DNA of 64,000 nt, taken from the NCBI GenBank assembly GCA_950097015.1, contig CATNEN010000003.1, forward strand, positions 2,666,001 to 2,730,000. Reading direction: 5' to 3'. The notes beneath the pieces are model-generated. The model was given only the letters and a program-made list of their open reading frames with translations, searched no databases and was not told the origin of the DNA. The translations under genes were made by a program, and so were the position numbers. Below, piece by piece: positions 38,325-50,292 of the stretch; the stretch's first letter is position 1, and every line of letters starts with the position of its first letter. The stretch is from Macrostomum hystrix. Lineage: Eukaryota; Animalia; Platyhelminthes.

Positions 38325-39630
38325 CCTGGAGAGAGTCATAGAGAGAGATTCAGAGAGGGTCAAGGAATGAGAGTCAGGGAGGGAGAGTCAGGGAGAGAGA
38401 ATCAAGGAGAGAGAGAGCCAAAGAAAGAGAGTCAGGGAGAGAGAGTCAGGGAGAGAGATTCAGGGAGAGAGAGTCAGGGAGAGAGAGTCAAAGAGAGAGA
38501 TTCAGGGAGAGAGTCAAAGAGAGAGTCAGGGAGAGAGAGTCAGGGAGAGAGTCAGGGAGAGAGAGTCAGGGAGAGAGAGTCAAAGAGAGAGATTCAGGGA
38601 GAGAGTCAAAGAGAGAGTCAGGGAGAGAGAGTCAGGGAGAGAGTCAGGGAGAGAGAGTCAGGGAGAGAGAGTCAAAGAGAGAGATTCAGGGAGAGAGTCA
38701 AAGAGAGAGTCAGGGAGAGAGAGTCAGGGAGAGAGTCAGGGAGAGAGAGTCAAAGAGAGAGAGATTCAGGGAGAGAGAGTCAGGGAGAGAGAGTCAGGGA
38801 GAGAGATTCGGGGAGAGAGAGTCAGGGAGGGAGAGTCAGGGAGAGAGAGTCAGGGAGAGAGTCAGGGAGAGAGAGTCAAAGAGAGAGAGATTCAGGGAGA
38901 GAGATTCAGGGAGAGAGAGTCAGGGAGAGAGAGTCAGGGAGAGAGAGTCAGGGAGAGAGAGTCAGGGAGAGAGAGTCAGGGAGAGAGAGTCAGGGAGAGA
39001 GAGTCAGGGAGAGAGAGTCAGGGAGAGAGAGTCAGGGAGAGAGAGTCAGGGAGAGAGAGTCAGGGAGAAAGAGTCAGGGGTGAGAGTCAGGGAGAGAGTC
39101 AAAGAGAGAGTCAGGGAGAGAGAGTCAGGGAGAGAGTCAAAGAGAGAGTCAGGGAGAGAGAGTCAAAGAGAGAGATTCAGGGAGAGAGTCAAAGAGAGAG
39201 TCAGGGAGAGAGTCAGGGAGAGAGAGTCAGGGAGAGAGAGTCAGGGAGAAAGAGTCAGGGGTGAGAGTCAGGGAGAGAGAGTCAGGGAGAGAGAGTCAGG
39301 GAGAAAGAGTCAGGGGTGAGAGTCAGGGAGAGAGAGTCAGGGAGAGAGAGTCAGGGAGAAAGAGTCAGGGGGGAGAGAGTCAGGGGAGAGAGTCAAGGAG
39401 AGAGAGTCATGGAGAGAGAGTCATGGAGAGAGAGTCATGGAGAGAGAGTCAGGGAGAGAGTCATGGAGAGAGAGTCATGGAGAGAGAGTCAGGGAGAGAG
39501 AGTCAGGGGAGAGAGTCATGGAGAGAGAGTCATGGAGAGAGAGTCATGGAGAGAGAGTCATGGAGAGAGAGTCATGGAGAGAGAGAGTCAATGGGGAGAG
39601 GGAGTCAGGGAGGGAGAGTCAGGGAGAGTG
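38325..39630. repeat. GA-rich minisatellite GAGTCAGG(GA)n
   Basis: Variable-length tandem units. Source of the RERESG pseudo-ORFs. Confidence 0.93.
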
Positions 39631-40194
39631 TGTAAGGGACAGAAGTAAGAGAGATATTAGACCTGTGTCAATTTAATATAGTCTCATTATGTTTTCCTTA
39701 ACACACGGATAAGATAAAATTTGAGCACAAATTATAATACTAAACGTTAAGCTGCGTTTTTAACAACTATTGTAAAAAATTGTTGAGAGTAAAAAATTGT
39801 AAATTAAATATTTCACTATTATAGTTTAAAAAAGCCTAGTAAAAGTGCAGTTTAACACCTTCGCTTATCAGTTTTGGTGGTTTTGGGGTGGCTGTTCAGC
39901 CACAGTTTAGTCCAAATCAATTACGAGCTAATTTACTTATTTGATCACGTTGTTAATGCATGATTAATTGAACTGTGAACTGTAACGAATTTGACACAAT
40001 ACGACTAGGCCTATATTCACTTGTATTTCAGGCATGTGACTTGATTTACTCTGCTAGTCCTTTCTGCACTTTGTAATCCTATTTTTATTTTAGTTTACCG
40101 TCCAATTAATCTGTTATCATTTAGTAATTCTATATTTACTTGCCTACACATTTGCTTGAACTCACTCTCCTTCTTCAATTCTCTATCTAACTCT

Positions 40195-40400
40195 CATTTT
40201 CCCTCTTCTCATCACTCTCCATCTCCCTCTACTTCTCACTCTCCATCTCCCTCTACTTCTCACTCTCCATCTCACTCTACTTCTCACTCTCCATCTCATA
40301 TTCTCACTCTACTTATCACTCTACTTATCACTCTCCATCTCCCTCTCATTCCTCCTCTCCTTCTCACTCTCCTTCTCAATCTCCTTCTCACTCTCCCTCT
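40195..40400. repeat. Pyrimidine-rich degenerate 12/24-bp repeat (TCTCACTCTCCATCTCCCTCTACT)
   Basis: Directly visible. Confidence 0.75.
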
Positions 40401-40956
40401 ACTTGTGCTCTCCATTAGTCTTTTCATTAGAATTAGCAAAGGCGTAGCTCGTATTTCTAAAAACATGGAAACGCAAGTTCTGTCAGCTTAAGCACACCCT
40501 GACCAAACCACAACAACATTTTTAATCTTTGTCATTGTCAGTAACACCAATTGTCAAAGTGTTCGCTCTTCTCTTAGAAGATATCACCTATGAACTTGTA
40601 TAGGCACCCTGGGAGAGACAACCTGTTTAAATCTAGAGCGACACGAAGATACGTAATTGATAAACTAAATAAAACTGAATTAAAAAACTCTGAGATATAA
40701 CAAGCACACTCTCAGCAGAGATTATCTAAGCCAAAAACAGTGAATTCAATTCTTATCTGTCTGCTATTCATGGATCAACATTGGACAGTGTTCCTCGTGT
40801 CTTTCGCACCTCTTAACAACAGTTCTCGTAGGTATTAGCTGAATTCAGATCTACCTATTTGACCATATATATAGGTCGCTATTTAAGAAGTCTTAACAAT
40901 AACGGCAGATTTGGACTAAATCAAATCCGACTGTTTTCTAAAACGAATTCTTTGAC

Positions 40957-43900
40957 ATGCAGTCTTCCGAGACGGCGGCCGTGGTTCGAATCCCACTAGA
41001 CGGCGGCTACGGCTGGGTGGTGACATTGTCAGCATTCATGGTCGGCGTCATTCTGGACGGCATCAGCTTCTCGTTCGGCTTGTTTTACAACGAATTCTTG
41101 GATTATTTTCAGGAGTCAAAAGCTAAGACTGCGTGGGTTGGCAGCGTGTACAATGGCATGTACATGTCCATTGGTTAGTTAGAATGCTAGTCACTTTTTT
41201 TAACTATTAAGAATTCTCATAGTTCTCATCGCATGAATTCTCATGCGATTCCGCAGCTCGATTCGAGAGAATGCTTGGGGGCTTGTCGTGCAGTTTACAC
41301 CCTTAAGGGCCAACCTCCAAGGCTCGGCGAGAGTGTACACTGCCTGACGATGAGAAAGTCAGGGCAGATGTACACACCTGCGTACAGTTTCTGTGTTTGT
41401 GTGTGCAGTCAGCGAAATGGGCAGAATTGCCTCCTCGCTGGCTGCGGGTCTAGTGTCACTAAATGATGCGCCATTGTCCGCAGCCCTCCAACAATTATTC
41501 GGAGCTTACAGTAAAAATTGTCGTATACAGGCTGTCTGATGATGCGAATACTCGATTTGTTAAAACTAATTTGAACTGAGATTTTTAATATTGAAATCCC
41601 AGGTCTTGGGATAAATAAGATTTATGATCTAAAATCCCGCAGGTCCGATAGTTAGCTTCCTCTGCGACAGATTCGGCTGCAGAAGGGTGTCCATGGCTGG
41701 CGGCCTGCTGGCTTGCGTGGCCTGTCTCTTCGCCGTGTTGGCCAACTCAGTGTCCCTGTTAATCCTCACCTATGGCTTCCTAGGCGGTGAGGTTGCACGA
41801 TTGTTTAAGGATTTCCATTTTTCGAAATGGGATAAATAGATTATTTACTTCGACAAAAATGCATGCTTGAGATTCTGATTAAGAGGCTATTTTAATGCAG
41901 ATAGGATCGGGATTTCGCAATGGATTTGGATTTTTATTTAGATTGGGGTTTCGAATAGAATTTTATTAAATTCAGATTGGGATTCCGGAAAGGATTTAGA
42001 TTTCAATTCAGATTGGGATTTCAGAAAGGATTTTGATTTTAATTCAGATTGGGATTTCAGAAAGGATTTTGATTTTAATTCAGATTGGGATTTGGAAAAA
42101 TATTTAGATTTCAATTCAGATTGGGATTTCAAAAAGGATTTTGATTTCAATTCAGATTGGGATTTCAGAAAAAGATTTAGATTTTAATTCAGATTGGGAT
42201 TTCAGAAAGGATTTTGATTTTAATTCAGATTGGGATTTCAGAAAAAGATTTAGATTTTAATTCAGATTGGGATTTCAGAAAGGATTTGGTTTTTTAATTC
42301 AGATTGGGATTTGGAAAAAGATTTAGATTTCAATTCAGATTGGGATTTCAGAAAGGATTTAGATTTTAATTCAGATTGGGATTTGAAAAAATATTTGGAT
42401 TTCAATTCAGCTGGGATTTTGAAAAGGATTTAGATTTTAATTCAGATTGGGATTTCATAAAGGATTTAGATTTTAATTCAGATTGGGATTTTGAAAAGGA
42501 TTTAGATTTTAATTCAGATTGGGATTTCAGAAAGGATTTTGATTTTAATTCAGATTGGGATTTCAGAAAGGATTTGGTTTTTTAATTCAGATTGGGATTT
42601 GGAAAAAGATTTAGATTTCAATTCAGATTGGGATTTCAGAAAGGATTTAGATTTTAATTCAGATTGGGATTTGAAAAAATATTTAGATTTCAATTCAGAT
42701 TGGGATTTTGAAAAGGATTTAGATTTTAATTCAGATTGGGATTTCATAAAGGATTTAGATTTTAATTCAGATTGGGATTTTGAAAAGGATTTAGATTTTA
42801 ATTCAGATTGGGAATTTTAAAAGGATTTGAGATCGAAGGCTAGGATCGGGTTTTGCACCTTGGAAAATACCCTCGTAAATACCTAAGTTATGTGGCAAGC
42901 AAGGTGGTCAGTGGCAGAACGGTCTAACTCGTTTTGCCTCTCGCACCAAGTTCACTGAGCTCGATTTCGCGACGAAGTTATGATGTTACACTGCCTGACG
43001 ATGAGAAAGTCAGGGCAGATGTACACACCTTGTGTGTGCGTGTGTGCTCAGGAGTCAGCGAAATGGGCAGAATTGCCTCCTCGCTGGCTGCGGGTCTAGT
43101 GTCACCAAACGATGTGCCATTGCCCGCAGCTCTCCTGCAATTATTATTATTGCTTTTATTATTATTTTGGCAAGCACAGGTTTCGGATTCGGCATGATGT
43201 ACCTGCCAGCTCTGGTGATGGTCGGACAATACTTTGATCGGCGTCGCGCTTTGGCAACCGGCATCGCCGTCTGCGGCTCCGGGGTTGGCGCCTTCGTGTT
43301 CGCCTACCTGGCCGAGTTCCTGATTGACAGGTTCACCTGGCGGGGTGCGACCCTGATTTTGGCTGGTAAATCACGTTTTTAAGTTTACTATCGAATATTT
43401 TTACATTAGGACATCCTGCGAAGAAATGGATTCAATCTTATGGGTTCGATTTTGAAAAGTCAGGGGTTTGAATCCTGAGAAGTTACGGAACATGTGAAGA
43501 ATCCTCGAAACATGTGAAGTTACTGGTTCGAATACCGTGAAGCTAGGGGTTCAAATCCTGTGAAGTTAGGGCTTCGAATTCTGTGAAGTTGGGGTTCGAA
43601 TCTTGTGAAGTTAGGGGTTCGAATCCTGAGAATTTAGGGGTTCGAATTCTATGAATTCGAGCTTGGGGTTCGAATCCGGTGAAGTAAAAGGTTCGAATCC
43701 TGTGAAGTAAAGGGTTCGAATCCTGTGAAGTAAAGGGTTCGAATCCTGTGAAGTAAAGGGTTCGAATCCTGTGAAGTAAAGGGTTCGAATCCTGTGAAGT
43801 AAAGGGTTCGAATCCTGTGAAGTAAAGGGTTCGAATCCTGTGAAGTAAAGGGTTCGAATAATGTGAAGTCAGGGGTTCGAGTCCTGTGAAGTTAAGCGTT

Positions 43901-46384
43901 CGAATTCGATTGATTCAAAGCTGTATCAATCCTTATCCAATGAAATCGCTGACACCTCATGCAGGCATAGCTTTAAACGGTGTTGTTTTTGGCGCCCTGC
44001 TTCGACCACTGGAGGCCACGGTGATTGTCAACCCGGAGCCGGAGGACACAGCCAACACCGCCGATTTTGTTGACCTGCCGCCGACTGGAGCTGGCGATTC
44101 AGAAGCCAAAGGTCGCGGCAGCAGCGACGCGTACTACCTGAGCCTCCCTGATTGGCAGGTGTCTGCCCGCCCCGGCACGCGCAGAAGACTTTTGTCTGCC
44201 AGCGGAGGCGGCGACAATGGCGTCAATGCCAAACACAAGTCGGTCGGCTCCCAGCCGTTGTTGCTTTTGAATCTGCAATTGCCTCAGAAGCAGCAGCAGC
44301 AGCAGCAACAGAAAACTGCAATGTAATTATCGGGGAGATCATTGAAAATCCATGCCTAGTCCTCCGACTATTGAGTAGTATTACGAGTATCACAAGGTCA
44401 CCGAACTTTCTCGATTTCCCCGATCGGGAAACTAAGTCAGAGCGGTGCGTGGCAGAGCGTTTAACCCTGAGTGCCTGAGTTCGAATCCTTGGTGAGACCA
44501 AATTTAATTGAAGGACAGGAGTGGAGAGACGGATTTGAGTCACTGTTTTGCTCTGCATTAGTGCTCTAGGAGTCAGATGAATGAGCAGAATTGCCACTCG
44601 CCGGCTGCGGGTCAATGAATTGTCACCAAATGATGTACCAGTAACCGCAGCACTCCTAGAACTGTTAATATAATATTATCCACCCAAATGTTAGAAGCCT
44701 CACAGGTACCACCACTGCTGACGTCGCGAAGACCCATGAGCAGCATCCCGAGACAAACCTGCCGATGCACTATAGACAGCGTCGCCTACACCACATTGAC
44801 ATTTCGCGACCGAAATTTCGTTCCGTCGGCGGTAGCGACTGGCAGTTGGCAACTACTGCGGCTTCGGTGGCCGCGTCGGCTACGAATCTGGACGTGCTGC
44901 GCGATGAGATTCTGCGACTGGAAACCGCAGAGGCTGAAACTGCCGAGGACAGGGTATCGGTGGATCATCGGAGTCTGGCCAACGGCGGCGTCAAGGAACG
45001 CCTTCGTCGGCTCAGTCTGGAGGCCCTGAAGCTGCTGCACCTGCTGCGAAGCAACCCAGCTCTCGCGGTATATGGAGCTGCGTGCTTTCTCTGCATGGCT
45101 GGTAAGTCGTTGCTTTCAGCTTGTAACGTTCTTGAGCTATTGTTCTACTAGATAATGACAGGCATGCAAGCGACCCATCTTTCTCTATTTCTGCATGCAG
45201 GTTTCTACATCCCGTTCACTTACATTCCCGTGTACGCAAAGTCACTCTCGTTGAGAGACTCCGCGCCACAGGACCTGATCTCCATCACTGGCTGGGTGAA
45301 TCTGGTCACGCGTCTCCTGATTGGCTGGGTGGCCGATCGACCTTGGGCGGACAGTCTGCTGATTAACAGCCTGTCGCTGATTATAGGCGGTATTGCCACC
45401 GGTCTGTTTGTGCTGTATCGCAGTTTCGCTCTATTGGTGATGTCGTGCGTAATCTTTGGAAGCTGCATTGGTAAGACCTAGCTATTGGCGCATGACGTTA
45501 TTATCAGAATCAACTTTCACCAAAAAAGAATGAAATTCGGCATCTAAATTTGATTGGTCAATGCCAGTCACATGCTGGAGTTTATCATAGCTAAACTAAT
45601 AGCTTTCCTCAAGCAGTATCTAAAAATAGCGCTAATTTACATTGACTTTGACATTTACATCTTTTGAATGCATTTTTTTCATTGGTTCTGTAGCCTATAG
45701 TTACAGCGTCGGACTCACGACTTCAAGGTCGAGGGTTCGATTCCTTAATCTACTGGAACAATTTGTGTCCTTTAGCAAGACACTTAACTCTGCATTGCTT
45801 CAGTTCACCCAGCTGTTAAATGAGTACCAGCATCAGCTGGGGTAATTGAAGGTGGTGTGGCGTCCCCCCAGTCCATGGACTGAACAGCCGCGTACGCAGA
45901 TTTCAGATGCGCTGCGCAATAGGTGCGGCTGTGTGCACATCTGGCCCAATTGTGGCAGGTGTGAGAAATTATTAGGCTACTAATTATTATTGTTTCAATA
46001 TTTGCAGCCATTTTCGTGGCCCTCCGATCGATAATTGGTATCGAACTGGTCGGCATTGAGAATCTATCGCAGGCGTTCGGTTTCATCATTCTCTGCCAGG
46101 GTCTGTCAGCTTTCATTGGCACACCTCTGGCTGGTGAGTGCAGCTGATCACCTGCTAAAAGTGCAGATGCTCTTTCTCAGGTCGGAAATGGGACTTGATT
46201 TTTTTCGGGAACCACTTGGCATGCAGGTCTTCTAGCTGACCTCACTGGAAGCACGGTGAGTACGTTCTACTTCGCGGGCGCAGCCATCCTACTGTCTGGC
46301 CTGCTGTGCCTCCCTCTGCGTCGTGTGGCAACATGGAAGAGTTCATCGGACACCGACCAAACAGCAGACAAGTCTGCTAAATGA
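40957..46384 (+). CDS. SLC16A-like: Monocarboxylate transporter, SLC16/MCT family (MFS)
   Basis: Exons 40957-41173, 41643-41786, 43180-43365, 43965-44322, 44695-45101, 45201-45470, 46008-46133 and 46227-46384 (TGA), all GT-AG and in phase. Hallmark motifs: [60 protein letters not shown] at 46434. Confidence 0.95.
41270..41500 (+). mobile_element. SINE family B copy (MCT intron 1)
   Basis: Shares CTGCCTGACGATGAGAAAGTCAGGGCAGATGTACACACC and GAAATGGGCAGAATTGCCTCCTCGCTGGCTGCGGGTCTAGTGTCAC...CCGCAGC with the copy at 42905, and shares the second motif with the copy at 44437. Confidence 0.75.
41905..42830. repeat. 36-bp minisatellite (AATTCAGATTGGGATTTCAGAAAGGATTTAGATTTT)
   Basis: About 25 tandem copies in MCT intron 2. 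Confidence 0.94.
42905..43167 (+). mobile_element. SINE family B copy (MCT intron 2) with an (ATT)n tail next to the acceptor
   Basis: Degenerate tRNA-like head (TGGTCAGTGGCAGAAC...GAGCTCGATTTC), conserved body and ATT tail. Confidence 0.75.
43441..43907 (+). repeat. 23-bp minisatellite containing a Pol III B-box motif (GGGTTCGAATCCTGTGAAGTAAA)
   Basis: Homogeneous core at ~43690-43860 with degenerate flanks. Confidence 0.92.
44437..44680 (+). mobile_element. SINE family B-related copy (MCT intron 4)
   Basis: tRNA-like head (GTGGCAGAGCG...GAGTTCGAATCC) and a 3' body GCAGAATTGCCACTCGCCGGCTGCGGGTC...CCGCAGC. Confidence 0.7.
45688..45992 (+). mobile_element. tRNA-derived SINE family A (CORE-like), full-length copy (MCT intron 6)
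   Basis: GTAGCCTATAG...GGGTTCGATTCC head, CORE-like GTGTCCTTTAGCAAGACACTTAACTC...TGTTAAATGAGTACC, CAGTCCATGGACTG, and an ATT-rich tail. Confidence 0.85.
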
Positions 46385-47663
46385 CTGGCAAAATTTATTT
46401 AATCAAAGAGCCATTGTAGCTGCTTCCATTTTTAATAAAGCCGAATTTCCAATGGCCAATAATATTTTAGAGGCTGAATATCCACTTACTCTTTAAGAAA
46501 GCTTGAATTTTATAATTAAGATTTCAGCATAAGTACATGTTATTGAAAAATGATTATTCTAATCAAACTTTGTATCTATATTACTGAGTTGAGTTGGCTA
46601 TTTTAGAGAAGTTATAACGAGCAAAACGTAATTATTTGTGCACCAGTGGAGCTTGAATGTATTCGTAAATACAATACAGTCTTCTTGTGTCTCTTCGAAA
46701 GTCTCGAGTGACCAATGAAGTCCGGCCATAACTGTTTTCGTAGAATTCTAGTTCGATCTTCTTTCGAAAGTGGCACTAATTGAAAAGAAAAATAAATGAA
46801 AAAGAGCGTGCAAACTACTTTAAGTAGGATAGCGAACGCCTGCGTTTATCACGTTTATTTTTGGGCTGTAGGAAAGAAAATTCTGTTTAGATAGCTTTTT
46901 TCGAATAACATTGCTTTATACTCGTATTCCGCAAACAGGAAACTGACTACTATAACTTTATTTTTACTGACTATAACTCAAGGTTACACAAACAGAATAT
47001 TTGTTTAAATTGAGCCTAAAACCCCTAAAAGCATTGTTTAGCAATTTTGTTCCGACTACCTTTGTCTCTACGGAGTAAAGGCAAAAAGCAAGAGAAGACT
47101 ACTGAATAAACGGCAAAAAAAGAAGCAACCAAACTGAGGTTTTGTCAAGGTTGACGATATTGAAAGTTACGCTTGATTCCGCTCAAATTAAACCCCGACT
47201 GCGATTAGATTCTTTGCTTTTTACGTTTTAGAAACGTACGATAAATTGTCGACGAGTAATTTTTAACAGAAGACACTACAATTGCACTTAAGTGAAAATT
47301 GACTCGAAAGCTTGATTGGCTGGACTTAAGTCACGTGCTCAGTTTTGGGAGGGTGGGCTACTGTGGGAAACCCAGCAGCGCTTCTAAAAATAGCTACATG
47401 TTTACGCTTTAAAAGCCAGCAGCTCTCTGTCGTATTGAAAATGAATTCCAAAACATAAAATAATGGGCTATTTTACTTCTAAGGACAAAGCGACATGCCG
47501 ATTAACAATTGAAACTAAAAAATTGAATTATTACCTACTGGTACTAGTTAAAATATACGAGAATTACAAGAAAGAATTTTGTTTTCGCGTTGAAAATTTT
47601 TGAAGCTTTGTCGGTGCATCATCACCCCCATCAATGATTGACATCCCAGAAAAAGCTGATTGA

Positions 47664-50292
47664 TCAATGATGTTCCCCACCGTCGGCGTCTTCGCCAGCG
47701 TCCTGCTCGGAGGTCCAAAGCTGCAGGATATTTGTTTGGTTTGACGATGCAACTTTATAGAACAAGCGCCATACAATACGAGTATAATACAGAAACACAA
47801 AGAACTCGATAAAATCTCAAAAAGACAGCTACACATGTCTCATCTCTCCCTTATCTAATCTCTCCCGCATCTCATCTCTCCTGTATCTCATCCCTCCCGT
47901 GTCTCATCTCTCCCGTGTCTTATCTCTCCCGTATCTAATCTCTCCAGCGTCTCATCTCTCCCGTATCTAATCTCTCCAGCGTCTCATCCCTCCCGTGTCT
48001 CATCCCTCCCGTGTCTCATCTCTCCCGTATCTCATCTCTCCCGTGTTTCATCCCTCCCGTGTTTCATCTCTCCCGTGTCTCACCTCTCCCGTATCTAATC
48101 TCTCTCGCGTCTCATCTCTCCCGTATCTAATCTCTCTCGCGTCTCATCTCTCCCGTATCTAATCTCTCCAGCGTCTCATCTCTCCCGTATCTCATCCCTC
48201 CCGTGTCTCATCCCTCCCGTGTTTCATCTCTCCCGTGTCTCACCTCTCCTGTATCTAATATCTCTCGCGTCTCATCTCTCCCGCATCTCAACTCTCCCGT
48301 GTCTAATTACTCGTGTCTAATCTCTCCCGCATCTCATCTCTCCCGTATCTAATCTCTCCCGCATCTCAACTCTCCCGCATCTCAACTCTCCCGTTTCTAA
48401 TTACTCGTGTCTCATCTCTCCCGTATCTAATCTCTCCAGCGTCTCATCTCTCCCGTATCTAATCTCTCCAGCGTCTCATCTCTCCCGTGTCTCACCTCTA
48501 CCGTGTCTCATACCCTCCCGTGTCTCATCACTCCCGTGTCTCACCCCTACCGTGTCTCATCTCTCCCGTATCTAATCTCTCCAGCGTCTCATCTCTCCCG
48601 TTTCTCACCTCTACCGTGTCTCATCCCTCCCGTGTCTCATCTCTCCCGTTTCTCACCTCTCTTCCGTGTCTCATCTCTCCCTGTGTCCCACCTCATGTCT
48701 CGTCTCATATGTGTCTCATCACTTACGAATCTCATCTCATATTCGTGTCTCATCTCATACGTGTCTTCCCTTATCTTTCTCCTGTCTCATCTCTCCTGTC
48801 TCATCTCTCCTGTCTCATCTCTCCAGCTTTTGCAACTCTGGCACTGACCGTGAGGTTGTCTCGCAGCAGTTGCATAATCAGTGTGCTATCCTTGTAGGAG
48901 TCCTCGGGCAGGTTGTCCAACTCGGCGATGGCCTCATCGAAGGCTTTCTTAGCCAGCTGGCATGCCTGGTCTGGTTCGCTGCGAATCTCGTAGTAGAAAA
49001 CTGAGAAGTTCAGAGCCAGGCCGAGTCTGATTGGGTGGGTAGTTGGCAGCTTCTCCTCGGCGCTCTTGGTGGCCGCTTTGTAGGCCTCCATGCTCTTGTC
49101 TACAACGTCCGTGCGGTGCTCGCCCACTGCCACCTTTGCGTGGGATCAATGTCAGTTGGACATTAGAAAATAAATGCAAGGACTTATAGGGATGAAGGTG
49201 AAGGATGAAGTGAAGGTAGACAGATGAAGGGAGAATTGTGGATAGAGAAGGATGTAGGGGGAGAAGGATGGGGAGAAAGATGGGGTAGAAGGGTGGAGGA
49301 GAAGGATGGGGGAGAAGGATGGGGGAGAAATATGGAGGGAGAAGGATGGGGGAGAAGGATGGGGGAGAATGATTGGGGGAGAAGGATGGGGGAATCGATG
49401 GAGGGAGAAGGATGGGGGAATCGATGGAGGGAGAAGGATGGGGGAATCAATGTAGGGAGAAGGATGGGGGAATCGATGGGGGGAAGGATGGGGGGATGGG
49501 GGGATCGATGGGGGGAAGGATGGGGGGATGGGGGGATCGATGGAGGGAGAAGGATGGGGGAATCGATGGAGGGAGAAGGATGGGGAATCGATGGAGGGAG
49601 AAGGATGGGGGAATCGATGGAGGGAGAAGGATGGGGGAATCAATGTAGGGAGAAGGATGGGGGAATCGATGGGGGGAAGGATGGGGGGATGGGGGGATCG
49701 ATGGAGGGAGAAGGATGGGGGAATCGATGGAGGGAGAAGGATGGGGAATCGATGGAGGGAGAAGGATGGGGGAATCAATGTAGGGAGAAGGATGGGGGAA
49801 TCGATGGGGGGAAGGATGGGGGGATCGATGGAGGGAGAAGGATGGGGGAATCGATGGAGGGAGAAGGATGGGGGAATCGATGGAGGGAGAAGGAATTTGG
49901 AGAGAGTTGGAGGGAGAAGGAGGGAGGGAGATGGATGGAGGGAGAAGGATGGAAGAAGACTGGAGGGAGGAGGACAATGGGAGAAAAAGGAGTTATGAGG
50001 ATAAAGAGAGGGATGGAGGAAGAAGGATGAAGGGAGAAGAGAGGGAAATGGATTAAGGGAGGAGGATAACGGTAGTAAAGCATGAAAGGGAGACAGTGGA
50101 AGGCAGGGGAGCGTTAAGGCTGGAGGACGAATGATATTACATTTCAGGCTATCAGACAGCCTGTTAGTGCAGGTGATTTTATCGCAGCCTTACCTCAGCC
50201 AGGTACCTATAGTAATCTCCTTTCATTTTCAAGTAGAACACGCGACTTTCGGACAGCGTGGCCTTGTTGATCAGGTGATCGTCCAGCAGATC
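47664..50292 (-). CDS. 14-3-3 (YWHAZ-like): 14-3-3 distal C-terminal cassette B (three exons, no N-terminal exon of its own; predicted to splice from exon 53412-53077)
   Basis: Exons 50292-50194 ([33 protein letters not shown]), 49133-48849 (VAVGEH...[18 protein letters not shown]...LLRDNLT) and 47720-47664 ([18 protein letters not shown]). Canonical splice sites, all phase 0, no disabling lesions. Confidence 0.9.
47835..48825. repeat. 16-bp minisatellite (TCTCATCTCTCCCGTR) filling the last intron of 14-3-3 cassette B
   Basis: Degenerate tandem array. Confidence 0.92.
49215..50050. repeat. G-rich ~26-bp minisatellite (GGGAGAAGGATGGGGGAATCGATGGA) filling the first intron of 14-3-3 cassette B
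   Basis: Tandem array with G4-prone G-runs on the + strand. Confidence 0.92.

Noticed and set aside
15266-39676. Repeat-peptide ORFs (RERESG, SKVPFLI, ECETRDSAGW, PILNPNLGT and others)
   Set aside because: Each coincides exactly with a minisatellite and is often open in several frames or on both strands. They lie within shep introns or intergenic DNA.
42991-43110. Hammerhead ribozyme in SINE-B (CTGACGA...GAAA)
   Set aside because: I could not form stems I and III with a proper NUH cleavage triplet. The CTGAC is better explained as one arm of a simple hairpin.
45688-45760. tRNA genes at the SINE heads (also ~5680, ~10480, ~29020, ~44440, ~63060)
   Set aside because: Only A/B-box remnants are present, with no complete cloverleaf, and most are followed by shared SINE bodies.
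47664-50292. Cassette B as a 14-3-3 pseudogene or haplotype-duplication artefact
   Set aside because: It has an intact frame and splice sites, mostly conservative substitutions with heavy synonymous divergence, and different introns. That is too diverged for an allele and too clean for a pseudogene.
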